Source: a virus. From it: a DNA stretch of 64,000 bases. Under the pieces are notes generated by a model that saw only the letters and a list, made by a program, of their open reading frames with translations, did no database searches and had not been told where the DNA came from. Below, in pieces: positions 1 to 8,379 of this stretch. The first letter of the stretch is position 1. Each line of letters begins with the position of its first letter. The stretch lies in IMG/VR virus record IMGVR_UViG_3300021141_000001, one strand, 5' to 3'. The position numbers were made by a program, and so were the translations under genes.

Positions 1-282
1 TTGTTTTCTTTCTTCACTCATATTAGCTGGCATAATGATTATACATTTATAACCTCTTTCTGCTGCTAAGAAAGCAAAAGCAATTCCTGAGTTTCCAGAT
101 GTTGCCTCAATAATAGTATCACCTTTTTTAATAAGATTATTTGATTCAGCATGATTTATAATATAGGAAGCCATTCTATCTTTTATTGAACCACTTGGAT
201 TTTGACCTTCAAACTTTGCGAAGATTCTTTCTGAGATTTTAATTAATGGTGTTTGACCAACGGTTTTAGATAGATTTGACAT
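1..282 (-). CDS. cysK: Cysteine synthase (PLP-dependent, CysK/CysM family), N-terminal part; runs off the window
   Basis: Manual translation MSNLSKTVGQTPLIK...KFEGQNPSGSIKDRMA...IIEATSGNSGIA; PLP lysine motif SIKDR and TSGN loop. Not in the ORF track. Confidence 0.9.
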   Translation of the reverse strand, partial: MSNLSKTVGQTPLIKISERIFAKFEGQNPSGSIKDRMASYIINHAESNNLIKKGDTIIEATSGNSGIAFAFLAAERGYKCIIIMPANMSEERKQ

Positions 283-365
283 TTAGAATAGTTATTTTTA
301 TGTTTTATATATTAGTAACATGTAAGTTTATTTGAAATAAATCACGATTTTTAAAAAAGATTTCA

Positions 366-373
366 TATATTTG
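366..373 (+). promoter_or_regulatory. Bacteroidota-type -7 promoter element TAnnTTTG (early/host RNAP)
   Basis: TATATTTG 7 nt before the ATG at 381; same element at 4918, 6743, 7614, 14805 and 60188, always just upstream of a gene. Confidence 0.7.
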
Positions 374-380
374 TATAATT

Positions 381-989
381 ATGAGACATGAAAAACAAAA
401 CATATTCTTTATAAGTGACTTACACGTTGGTCATAAAAACGTCCTCAAGTTTGATGGACGACCTTTTGCTGATGTTGATGAGATGCATGTAGAATTAATA
501 AAAAACTGGAACTCAGTAGTAGGTCCAGAAGATACAGTTTATTTCTTAGGTGATTTATCATTTTCTCGTGATGAATTGACAAAGTGGTTTATTTATTCAC
601 TACAAGGTAAGATTCACTTTATTTTGGGTAACCACGATAAAATGAGTCATATTCAGAAGTTTGGTAGATGGGAAAGTGTACACGAATCTTATACTGAGAT
701 TGGTATTTTAGATCCAGAGTCTCTTGAATCAAGAGGTTCACAAGGTTATCAAAAGATAATCTTATCACACTATCCAATTTTAAGTTGGAACAAAGCACAT
801 CACGGTTCTTGGCACTTACACGGTCACTGTCACGGTTCATTGATTAAAAGTCAACAAGAGTATTACAAAAGAAAAGTAATGGATGTTGGTTGTAACGTGA
901 TTGATTATACACCTATCTCCTATGAAAAAGTTAAAGGTATAATGGTTAAAAAAAATATATCTGCCGTAGACCATCATGGAGAAGATTAA
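381..989 (+). CDS. Calcineurin-like metallophosphoesterase
   Basis: SDLHVGH, LGD, GNHD, HYP, HGHCH motifs. Confidence 0.9.
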   Translation: MRHEKQNIFFISDLHVGHKNVLKFDGRPFADVDEMHVELIKNWNSVVGPEDTVYFLGDLSFSRDELTKWFIYSLQGKIHFILGNHDKMSHIQKFGRWESVHESYTEIGILDPESLESRGSQGYQKIILSHYPILSWNKAHHGSWHLHGHCHGSLIKSQQEYYKRKVMDVGCNVIDYTPISYEKVKGIMVKKNISAVDHHGED

Positions 990-1164
990 GATGAAAGAAT
1001 TGGAAACTAAATTAGCTCATTACAAGATGATTGTTAACTCTAATTATGGTGAAAACTCAAGACTAGTAACAGATGTTTACTCTGAAGTTTTTAAGTTGAG
1101 AGATAAGATTCGTACTGTAAAAATTAGAAAAAGTAAAATAAAAAACTTATTCAATGGAAGATAG
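976..1164 (+). CDS. Small protein: DNA polymerase B motif-B-like fragment plus C-terminal RxxKIxxLF tag
   Basis: YKMIVNSNYG matches KxxxNSxYG; ends IRKSKIKNLFNGR. Confidence 0.6.
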   Translation: MEKIKMKELETKLAHYKMIVNSNYGENSRLVTDVYSEVFKLRDKIRTVKIRKSKIKNLFNGR

Positions 1165-1483
1165 ATGGGATTGTATGAAAGTTGTTTGTATTAAAGAATA
1201 CAAAACTATTAAAGTTGGTAGTCATTACTCTATCAAAGGTAGAGGTGATTTATCATGTAATGCTGATCCAGAAGTTGAAGAAAGAAAAGGATATGGTTTC
1301 TGTATTGAAGATGATATTTATGGATCCTACTCTGGTAGAAAAGATTGGTGGAATTTATCACATAATGAAAGAATTAAATGGTATTATTTTACTGAACAAG
1401 AAATGTCAGAATACTTTATCACAGAAGATGAAGATTATAAAGCTTATCGTAGAAACGAAATAATAAAACAAGTATTAAACTAA
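1154..1483 (+). CDS. Hypothetical phage protein (KVVCIK..VG..Y small beta domain) with C-terminal tag
   Basis: Overlap-coupled to neighbours; ends RRNEIIKQVLN. Confidence 0.6.
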   Translation: MEDRWDCMKVVCIKEYKTIKVGSHYSIKGRGDLSCNADPEVEERKGYGFCIEDDIYGSYSGRKDWWNLSHNERIKWYYFTEQEMSEYFITEDEDYKAYRRNEIIKQVLN

Positions 1484-1485
1484 AT

Positions 1486-2355
1486 ATGAAAGACGTAAAA
1501 GGATTTTGTAAATTGATGGATATAAGTGTGCCGGATTACGCACATTTTGATTATTATATTAATCAATTCTCAAAATTAGAAAGATGGAAAAACATCAAAG
1601 ACTTAATTAAACTTTATGAAGAAGCCGAAGAAAAGTATGGTGAACTTTATGAATATAGATTAAAGAAGTCAAATGAAATTATTGATTACTTGAAGAAAAC
1701 AAGAGCTTACAATGAACTTCAAGATGATAATTTATTGCCTGACCTACCGACAACTAAGAATTTTGAATATTCAGAAGATAAGAAATATATCTCAATTGAT
1801 ATTAATAAAGCCAATTGGGTAGTTCTTAAAAATTATGACCCTGAATTTGCGCCTGAACTTGGTGATTCTTATGATGATTTTATTGCTAAGTTTGATGTTC
1901 CTGAAATATTCAATCACTCAAAACAATTGAGACAATATATTTTTGGTAATATCAATCCAAAAAGACAAGGTAAAGCTCAAAGAGTTATAACTGAAAGATT
2001 ATTAAATAGATATAAGCATCTAAATTTAGAAATTGCTTGTGTTAAAAACGATGAGGTTATTTATTCTTTTGATAGTTTTGACCAAATTAACGAAATACTG
2101 ACTACTGTTGATAAAAGTTTATTTAAAACTAAACTTTTCACTGTAAAAAGAATAGAAGATTTCCGAATCAATACATATTTATCTGAGACTGGTAAAGGGC
2201 TATACAAAGAAATGGTAGGGTGTAATGGTAATCTATTTTTCTTATATCTAAAGAAATATGTTTTGAATGAAACACTTGACATAAGAGATTTATATTTCAA
2301 AATGGATGGTAATCTTGCTATCTGGAATGTTGAAGGATTAAAAGTAAGTTTATAA
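1486..2355 (+). CDS. Hypothetical protein, possible minimal polymerase-palm-like fold
   Basis: 289 aa; ISIDINKAN and KNDEVIY resemble palm motifs A and C (weak). Confidence 0.45.
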   Translation: MKDVKGFCKLMDISVPDYAHFDYYINQFSKLERWKNIKDLIKLYEEAEEKYGELYEYRLKKSNEIIDYLKKTRAYNELQDDNLLPDLPTTKNFEYSEDKKYISIDINKANWVVLKNYDPEFAPELGDSYDDFIAKFDVPEIFNHSKQLRQYIFGNINPKRQGKAQRVITERLLNRYKHLNLEIACVKNDEVIYSFDSFDQINEILTTVDKSLFKTKLFTVKRIEDFRINTYLSETGKGLYKEMVGCNGNLFFLYLKKYVLNETLDIRDLYFKMDGNLAIWNVEGLKVSL

Positions 2356-2358
2356 TCT

Positions 2359-2625
2359 ATGTCACAGAGCAGTACATCCGTTAACATTTACTATGGAAAA
2401 GACAAAAAATTAATGGAGTCTTTCCCTATTGAAATTGGAAGAAAAATATCGTCAATAGATGATGCTAGATTTTTGATAATAAATCATTTAGATAGTTTTT
2501 ACGTTGATGTTAAATATAAGATTAATGTCTTTTCTACATTTGATGGTGAAACAACTATCAATTTGTTTTTTGAAGAAGATATTTCTTTGAACAGAGAGCT
2601 TTTATTAAGAAAAATATTAGAATAA
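2359..2625 (+). CDS. Hypothetical protein with C-terminal tag
   Basis: Ends NRELLLRKILE; TAATG coupling to the next gene. Confidence 0.6.
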   Translation: MSQSSTSVNIYYGKDKKLMESFPIEIGRKISSIDDARFLIINHLDSFYVDVKYKINVFSTFDGETTINLFFEEDISLNRELLLRKILE

Positions 2626-3245
2626 TGATAGATATATTTGATAAAAAACCCATTGATTTGACAAAAGTAGTTTGTCACTCTGGTGGCGCACCTGGTGCTG
2701 ATACTGTTTGGGAAAACGATGGTGATCCATATGGTGTCCAAACTAGAGCTTACTCTTATAAAACACCTAAGCACATATCACCTAACAAGGTTGAAATTTC
2801 AGATGATGATTACAAAGAAGGTGTAGTGGAAGTTAACAAGGCTAATAAGTGGCTTAATCGTTACGGAATTCATAAGTATATGAATCTCTTGGCTCGCAAC
2901 TGGGCTCAAGTGAAATACTCTGAACAGATTTTTGCTATTGGAACTATTATTAAACCTGGTGATAAAAGCACTAGGGGTTACTACAATAAAGGTAAGTATG
3001 ATATGGTTGATGGTGGTACAGGATATGCTGTGATGATGGGTATTAATAACAATAGAGAAGTTTTTGTTTTTGATCAAATTAGAGATAAGTGGTTTAGGTG
3101 GTCTTACTCAACACTTCAATTTGTTGAAATGAAAGAAGTTCCTACTATTGATGTTCAAAACTTTGCTGGTATTGGAACAAGAGAAATTCAACCAAATGGT
3201 GTAAAAGCCATTAAAGATGTATATGAAAAAACATTTAAAAAATAA
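2625..3245 (+). CDS. SLOG-superfamily (DprA/YspA-like) nucleotide-binding protein
   Basis: HSGGAPGAD, ARN, GGTGYAV motifs. Confidence 0.65.
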   Translation: MIDIFDKKPIDLTKVVCHSGGAPGADTVWENDGDPYGVQTRAYSYKTPKHISPNKVEISDDDYKEGVVEVNKANKWLNRYGIHKYMNLLARNWAQVKYSEQIFAIGTIIKPGDKSTRGYYNKGKYDMVDGGTGYAVMMGINNNREVFVFDQIRDKWFRWSYSTLQFVEMKEVPTIDVQNFAGIGTREIQPNGVKAIKDVYEKTFKK

Positions 3246-3254
3246 AAACTTAAA

Positions 3255-3722
3255 ATGAAAACTATCTTAACAAAAGAAGGAAAAATAAAACTTCAAGAAG
3301 AATTAAATTTCCTATTGACAGTTGAAAAAAATCGAGTGATAAATGAGCTATCAGAAGCTCGTGAAAGTGGTACATTAGAAGAAAATACACAATACTTAAT
3401 TGCTAAAGAAGAGTATGAGAAGGTTCAAAAGAAAATTGAAAAGCTACAATCTTTCTTAGCAAATTCAACTGTTGTTGATGTGGCTGATATTAAAACTGAC
3501 AAAGTTGCCATTTTTACAACAGTAAAAGTTTTAAATACTACTAATAGTAAAGAAATGATATTTAAGATTGTTCCAGAGAATGAAATTGATATCAAAGTAA
3601 GTAAAATATCAACAAGTAGTCCAATTGGTGCTGGTTTACTTGGAAAATCTCTAAACGAGGTTTGTGAGGTTAAAACACCAGCTGGTACATTCAGTTTTAA
3701 AATTTTAGAAATAAGTATATGA
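3255..3722 (+). CDS. greA: Transcription elongation factor GreA
   Basis: LTKEGKIKLQEEL, ARESGTLEENTQY, ISTSSPIGAGLLGK, VKTPAG. Confidence 0.9.
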   Translation: MKTILTKEGKIKLQEELNFLLTVEKNRVINELSEARESGTLEENTQYLIAKEEYEKVQKKIEKLQSFLANSTVVDVADIKTDKVAIFTTVKVLNTTNSKEMIFKIVPENEIDIKVSKISTSSPIGAGLLGKSLNEVCEVKTPAGTFSFKILEISI

Positions 3723-4120
3723 GAATAAGTTTTGATTTTGATGGAACATTAGTAGACGAGTTTGGTGGTCATCCTTCAAATAGTCAAAAAGACGAAATTC
3801 AAGGACTGGCTAAGAAATATCTTAGTGAAGGACATGAAGTAATTATTATTACTAAACGATTTGGACCTGAGAACTCTGATAAAGGTATTAAGAATGAACA
3901 CTTAGAAGTTCAACATTTGGCTAAAAAATTAGGCATTGAAAAGATTTACTTTACTAATCGTGAAATGAAGTTTTCATATATTATCAATTTAGGTGTTGAT
4001 AGACATTTTGAAAATGACGACTATGAAGTTCAATTGATTAATCAAGTTTGTAAAGAAAAAGGTCATAACTGTTTGGTTGTGCCTGTAGAAGATGCTTACT
4101 GGAGAGATTTAGTTTATTAA
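3719..4120 (+). CDS. HAD-superfamily hydrolase-like protein
   Basis: ISFDFDGTL motif I, IITKR motif II. Confidence 0.75.
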   Translation: MRISFDFDGTLVDEFGGHPSNSQKDEIQGLAKKYLSEGHEVIIITKRFGPENSDKGIKNEHLEVQHLAKKLGIEKIYFTNREMKFSYIINLGVDRHFENDDYEVQLINQVCKEKGHNCLVVPVEDAYWRDLVY

Positions 4121-4131
4121 AGAATATTATT

Positions 4132-4524
4132 ATGATACAATTACCTACTAAAATATATGTTGATAATTCACCTGTTCATGGGTTGGGTGTATTTGCTAAA
4201 GAAAAAATTAACGAAGGTGAGCTAATTGAAGAATGTACAATATTAACTTTACCTATCCAGAAAGGTGAGGATTCTAATCTATTTATAGATTACAGATTTA
4301 ACTTTCCATCTGGTTTGGAATGGGAAGAACAAGTTTTGGTAATGGGTTGTGGTGGTATTTACAATCACTCTAACACACCAAATGCTCATTGGTATTCTAA
4401 TAATGAAAAAAGAACTTTTTGCTTTGTTGCTTTAAGAGATATTGAAGTTGGTGAAGAAATATTTACCTTCTATGGTGATGAGTCCTACTGGAATGATGGT
4501 AGAACATACATTGATGTTAAATGA
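4132..4524 (+). CDS. SET-domain methyltransferase
   Basis: SPVHGLGVFA, YNHSNTPN, RDIEVGEEIFTFYG. Confidence 0.9.
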   Translation: MIQLPTKIYVDNSPVHGLGVFAKEKINEGELIEECTILTLPIQKGEDSNLFIDYRFNFPSGLEWEEQVLVMGCGGIYNHSNTPNAHWYSNNEKRTFCFVALRDIEVGEEIFTFYGDESYWNDGRTYIDVK

Positions 4525-4913
4525 CAAAAGAAGAATTCATACTATTTATTGAAGATTTAGGATTTACTCAGACTTGGATGTCTAAATCAAATGGATATTC
4601 TTTAGCAACTGATTCCGCTGATCCAGCGTATAAAGTTATTGGTAATCCTAATCAAAATTTGATGGCTTTTGCTGACCAATTAAAAATCACATTAGATGAT
4701 GAAAGAGGAATTGCTCAACTTTCATTATCACAAATGAGTACTCATATGATGGCTGGTAAGAATTTTGGAAATTTTCAATTATCAACATTTGGTAATGATG
4801 GTGATTTTCAATTAGAGATATTTATGAGTTTTGTAAAAGGTGCTTTTAAGAAACCACCTAATAATATTATTCAATATATGAGAGATAAAAAAATTAGGGA
4901 TATATTAAAATAA
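4521..4913 (+). CDS. Hypothetical protein with C-terminal tag
   Basis: Ends MRDKKIRDILK. Confidence 0.65.
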   Translation: MTKEEFILFIEDLGFTQTWMSKSNGYSLATDSADPAYKVIGNPNQNLMAFADQLKITLDDERGIAQLSLSQMSTHMMAGKNFGNFQLSTFGNDGDFQLEIFMSFVKGAFKKPPNNIIQYMRDKKIRDILK

Positions 4914-4939
4914 TTTTTATATTTGTAATATATAGATTA

Positions 4940-5422
4940 ATGATTAAATTTAGTGAAATGATTAATGAGGAAGTGAGTAGCGGTGTTTTTAAGCTAGGTT
5001 TAGATATACACGGAGTTGTAGATGCGATGCCTGAGTTCTTTTCATTTCTAACAGATTCATTTGTTAAAAATGGCGGAGAAGTTCATTTAATTACAGGTGG
5101 TCATTGGGATGAGAATTTTGAAAAACAATTAAATGAATTTGGTGTTAAATGGACACACAAGTTTTCTGTTTATGACCACTTAATTGAAACTGGTGCTGGT
5201 ATAACTGGTGAGATTCAGTTTCCAGATGGTACAATTCAAAAGAAATTTGAAGATGGACTTTGGGATCATGTTAAAGCAGACTATTGTAAACAAAATAACA
5301 TTTCATTACATATTGATGATACTTTAATCTACAATGATTTTTTTCAAACACCATTTGCCAGATTGTGGTCACACAACCAAAAACCTAAGGCATCACATAA
5401 AGATGTCAGACACTTAGACTAA
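4940..5422 (+). CDS. HAD-like protein with N-terminal capsid-targeting-like sequence
   Basis: MIKFSEMINEE; LGLDIHGVVD, LITG, HIDD; TAATATATA at 4926-4934. Confidence 0.65.
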   Translation: MIKFSEMINEEVSSGVFKLGLDIHGVVDAMPEFFSFLTDSFVKNGGEVHLITGGHWDENFEKQLNEFGVKWTHKFSVYDHLIETGAGITGEIQFPDGTIQKKFEDGLWDHVKADYCKQNNISLHIDDTLIYNDFFQTPFARLWSHNQKPKASHKDVRHLD

Positions 5423-5904
5423 TGATAAACAAGATTAATAAATTTTTTGAATTTGAACCCTTTGAAAGTAAGATGAAAAAGTCGGCTGGTGTTATTATTA
5501 TTTTAAATAATGAAAAAATATTACTTTGTCATCCATCAAATAATGATAAATGGTTTGGTTCTTACTCTTTTCCAAAAGGCGGTATTGATGAAGGTGAAAC
5601 TATTAAACAAGCTGCTTTAAGAGAGTTGTTTGAAGAGACATCTGTGAAAATTAATGATAGTATGCTTTCTGGAGAGCCACTAGTTCTTGATTATATGAAC
5701 TATAAAAAGAAAGGTGTTGTTTATAAAAGAATATATTTATTTACTTTATACATTACTGACATTTCTGAAATTGGATTAGACTCAGAAGTTATTCCAAGTG
5801 ATAAACTTCCTTTTGGTGAAATAGATTGGGCTGGCTTTATACCTAAAGAAGAAGCCAAGTTAAGATTGTTTCACAGAAGTGTTCCTATGTTAGATAAGAT
5901 ATAA
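5422..5904 (+). CDS. NUDIX hydrolase
   Basis: PKGGIDEGETIKQAALRELFEETS Nudix box. Confidence 0.9.
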   Translation: MINKINKFFEFEPFESKMKKSAGVIIILNNEKILLCHPSNNDKWFGSYSFPKGGIDEGETIKQAALRELFEETSVKINDSMLSGEPLVLDYMNYKKKGVVYKRIYLFTLYITDISEIGLDSEVIPSDKLPFGEIDWAGFIPKEEAKLRLFHRSVPMLDKI

Positions 5905-5930
5905 ACAAATCTTGTCTTTTTGGTATAAAT
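5903..5930 (+). promoter_or_regulatory. Putative phage middle-type promoter AAAC-N17/18-TATAA
   Basis: AAAC-17nt-TATAAAT; same spacing at 9038, 37044, 37950, 38624, 51457 and, on the minus strand, about 26852-26878, 56859-56885 and 58030-58058. Confidence 0.55.
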
Positions 5931-5948
5931 AAAAAATAAACTTTATTT

Positions 5949-6380
5949 ATGCCTTTACCGTTTTTTACTAATCCAAATAATAGTCCACTATCATCAGCTC
6001 TTAATAGTAATATTCCTATTGCTATGAATTATCAACTTGAAGAAAAGATTGAGTTGGATTTGAATAATCCTATATTTGTGGCTTATGTTAATACAAGTAA
6101 TCTAACAAGACAAGCCGCAGAAGAACATCTTTATAGAACTAAAAAAATATTTGATGTTTATAAAAATATCACTATTTGGGTAATTGCTTCGAATGAAACT
6201 AAAATAGAGTGTGTTTATGATGGTCAATGTAGAACTCGTGATATAGAAATAAGTGACTTAATAAAGGAGATAAATACAAGGATAGATATAATGGCTAACT
6301 CACATTCTTTTGATGATTTCAAAATTAACATCAGAGATTGGAGATTAAGCGAAATAATAAATGGCACTGAGGAAAAATAA
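5949..6380 (+). CDS. Small protein: portal (T4 gp20-like) fragment plus C-terminal tag
   Basis: AYVNTSNLTRQAAEEHL resembles gp20 WYVDTGNMPARKAAEHM; ends IRDWRLSEIING. Confidence 0.6.
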   Translation: MPLPFFTNPNNSPLSSALNSNIPIAMNYQLEEKIELDLNNPIFVAYVNTSNLTRQAAEEHLYRTKKIFDVYKNITIWVIASNETKIECVYDGQCRTRDIEISDLIKEINTRIDIMANSHSFDDFKINIRDWRLSEIINGTEEK

Positions 6381-6738
6381 AATAGAAATACTTGATAGAA
6401 TAATTACTAAGGCTGAACTTGGTGATGATTACTATTGGAGTTATTGGTATGATGATGAGTGGGATGATTATCACGATGGTTACTGTGATTGTTATATGTG
6501 TATGCCTGTTGATTATGATTATCTACCAGAAGAATTTCAACCTAAAGCAGTAACACATATAAGCAAAAGAGGTATAAGAATAACACAACATACTCATTCT
6601 CCTGGTAAATTAATAGATATGACTTCTATTTACTCTAAAGAAGTTCTTAGACAAAAAAGAATCAACCATATTTTAGGGATAGAGTCAATAGAACATTCTC
6701 GTCCAACTTTAGGAGATATTTTGAATATTAAAAAATAA
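6361..6738 (+). CDS. Hypothetical protein, Asp/Trp/Tyr/Cys-rich N-terminus, tag near C-terminus
   Basis: DDYYWSYWYDDEWDDYHDGYCDCYMC; LRQKRINHILG. Confidence 0.6.
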   Translation: MALRKNKIEILDRIITKAELGDDYYWSYWYDDEWDDYHDGYCDCYMCMPVDYDYLPEEFQPKAVTHISKRGIRITQHTHSPGKLIDMTSIYSKEVLRQKRINHILGIESIEHSRPTLGDILNIKK

Positions 6739-6768
6739 TCCTTATCTTTGTATAACAAATTAAAAAAT

Positions 6769-6909
6769 ATGGATATAACAGCAGTAGTTTCAGATGTTCT
6801 TGATAACCAAGATTTAAATGTTAGTAATGTTAGTGACTTTCTTCAGATGGCTGAGGAATATAAGTATCAACTTTTAATGGAAGAGTTGAATCAAGAGTTA
6901 AACTCTTAA
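6769..6909 (+). CDS. Small acidic protein (46 aa)
   Basis: Manual ORF MDITAVVSDVLDNQDL...EELNQELNS behind TATCTTTG at 6743-6750. Confidence 0.55.
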   Translation: MDITAVVSDVLDNQDLNVSNVSDFLQMAEEYKYQLLMEELNQELNS

Positions 6910-6915
6910 AAATAA

Positions 6916-6986
6916 GGTCGGGTGACCGAGTGTTTAGGTGAAGGTTCGCAAAACCTTTTACGGTGGTTAAAATCCATCCCCGACCT
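6916..6986 (+). tRNA. tRNA-Cys (GCA), no encoded CCA, non-canonical C33 and T-loop
   Basis: Acceptor GGTCGGG/CCCGACC, D-arm ACC..GGT, anticodon arm AAGGT-TCGCAAA-ACCTT, T-arm GGTGG-TTAAAAT-CCATC, discriminator U. Confidence 0.85.
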
Positions 6987-7006
6987 CTAAAAATTAAAAA
7001 TGTATA

Positions 7007-7606
7007 ATGGCAAATAAATTTGTATCCAGTACTCTATCCTTAGATGATTTAAGGATGGAGTTTAGAAATTTTAAATTAAAATCAATCAATAATGAAATTG
7101 AGTTCAAGATTTCAGACTCAATGATTGATGAAAATAAAGAGTTGTTAACTTTTATAACTGATACTTTTCCAAATGATATCATTACAGGTTCACTTGCTCT
7201 TAAACTATTTGGTTTAATTAGTAGAAAAAGTAACGATGTTGATATCTTAATTAAAGATAAAAATCGTTATGATAAATATATTCTTGATGGTTATGATGAT
7301 GAATTTACAACTCCTAATCGTTTAGGTTACAAACCATTTAAATATAAAAAAGGAATTTTTTCAAAAGAAGTAGAATATAATGTTGATTTCTTTGAGGATA
7401 AAAATGTTTCTTTTCTTGAGTTTACTATTGATATTAGTACAACATTTCATTCTAATATTAAAAAAATTAAAATTCATAACCCTTTAGAGATTATGGATTA
7501 TAAATTAGGTATTTTTGCTAATCCTAAAGTTGGTAGAACAACAGGTAGAAAACACAACGAAGATTTGACTCAAATTTTTAGTCAAGCTCCTTGGCAAGTT
7601 AAATAG
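7007..7606 (+). CDS. Pol-beta-superfamily nucleotidyltransferase-like protein
   Basis: ITGSLAL...NDVDIL and VDFF (GS-DxD-D pattern); N-terminal FRNFKLKSI tag-like segment. Confidence 0.65.
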   Translation: MANKFVSSTLSLDDLRMEFRNFKLKSINNEIEFKISDSMIDENKELLTFITDTFPNDIITGSLALKLFGLISRKSNDVDILIKDKNRYDKYILDGYDDEFTTPNRLGYKPFKYKKGIFSKEVEYNVDFFEDKNVSFLEFTIDISTTFHSNIKKIKIHNPLEIMDYKLGIFANPKVGRTTGRKHNEDLTQIFSQAPWQVK

Positions 7607-7625
7607 TTTTCCTTATCTTTGTGTT

Positions 7626-8261
7626 ATGGCAAAGTACCTCAATTATCGTTATATCTTTCCTCCACGTCCAAAGAATGCTATTCCTGATACGGAATTAGAA
7701 TTCTGGGATAATGGTTCTTTAATTGCTCAGCCAAAACTCAATGGTTCAAATTGCGTTATCTTTACAAATGGTGTTAAGACCATTGTAATGAATCGTCATA
7801 ATCAAAGACTTACTAACTTTAATATCTCTGATAATGAAATCAAAGATATTTATCGTGGTGAAGGTTGGATGATTTTGAATGGTGAGTATATGAATAAGTC
7901 TAAATCAGACGAAAACAATCAAGTATTTAATCATAAGTTTGTAATCTTTGATATTCTTGGATATAATGGTGATTATCTTGTTGGTAAAACATTTGAAGAA
8001 AGAATTATATTACTTGATGAATTATATGGTCAGATTGATTCTGATAAAGAATATCTTTTCAAAGTAACAGAAAATGTTTATCGAGTGAAATCTTATTTAG
8101 TAGATTTCAAAGGTATTTTTGATAAATTGAGTCCAATTGATATGATTGAGGGTTTAGTGATGAAACGTAAGAATGCTCGCTTAGAATTGGGTACTTCTGA
8201 GAATAATAATACCAAGAGTCAATTGAAATGTCGAAAAGCAACAAAAAATTATAAATATTAA
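7626..8261 (+). CDS. ATP-dependent DNA/RNA ligase adenylation domain (no OB fold)
   Basis: QPKLNG (motif I), LNGEY, FVIFDIL, EGLVMK, QLKCR. Confidence 0.8.
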   Translation: MAKYLNYRYIFPPRPKNAIPDTELEFWDNGSLIAQPKLNGSNCVIFTNGVKTIVMNRHNQRLTNFNISDNEIKDIYRGEGWMILNGEYMNKSKSDENNQVFNHKFVIFDILGYNGDYLVGKTFEERIILLDELYGQIDSDKEYLFKVTENVYRVKSYLVDFKGIFDKLSPIDMIEGLVMKRKNARLELGTSENNNTKSQLKCRKATKNYKY

Positions 8262-8299
8262 TTTTTTGATAATATTAGCTAAAACCTTACTGGGTAAAG

Positions 8300-8336
8300 A
8301 AACCCTCTAAATTTTAATAAATTTAGAGGGTTTTTT
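8300..8336 (+). terminator. Rho-independent terminator
   Basis: AACCCTCTAAATTT-loop-AAATTTAGAGGGTT followed by a T run. Confidence 0.85.
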
Positions 8337-8379
8337 CATTTTTTTATACTGATATATAATAAAAAACAAACTACAAAAT

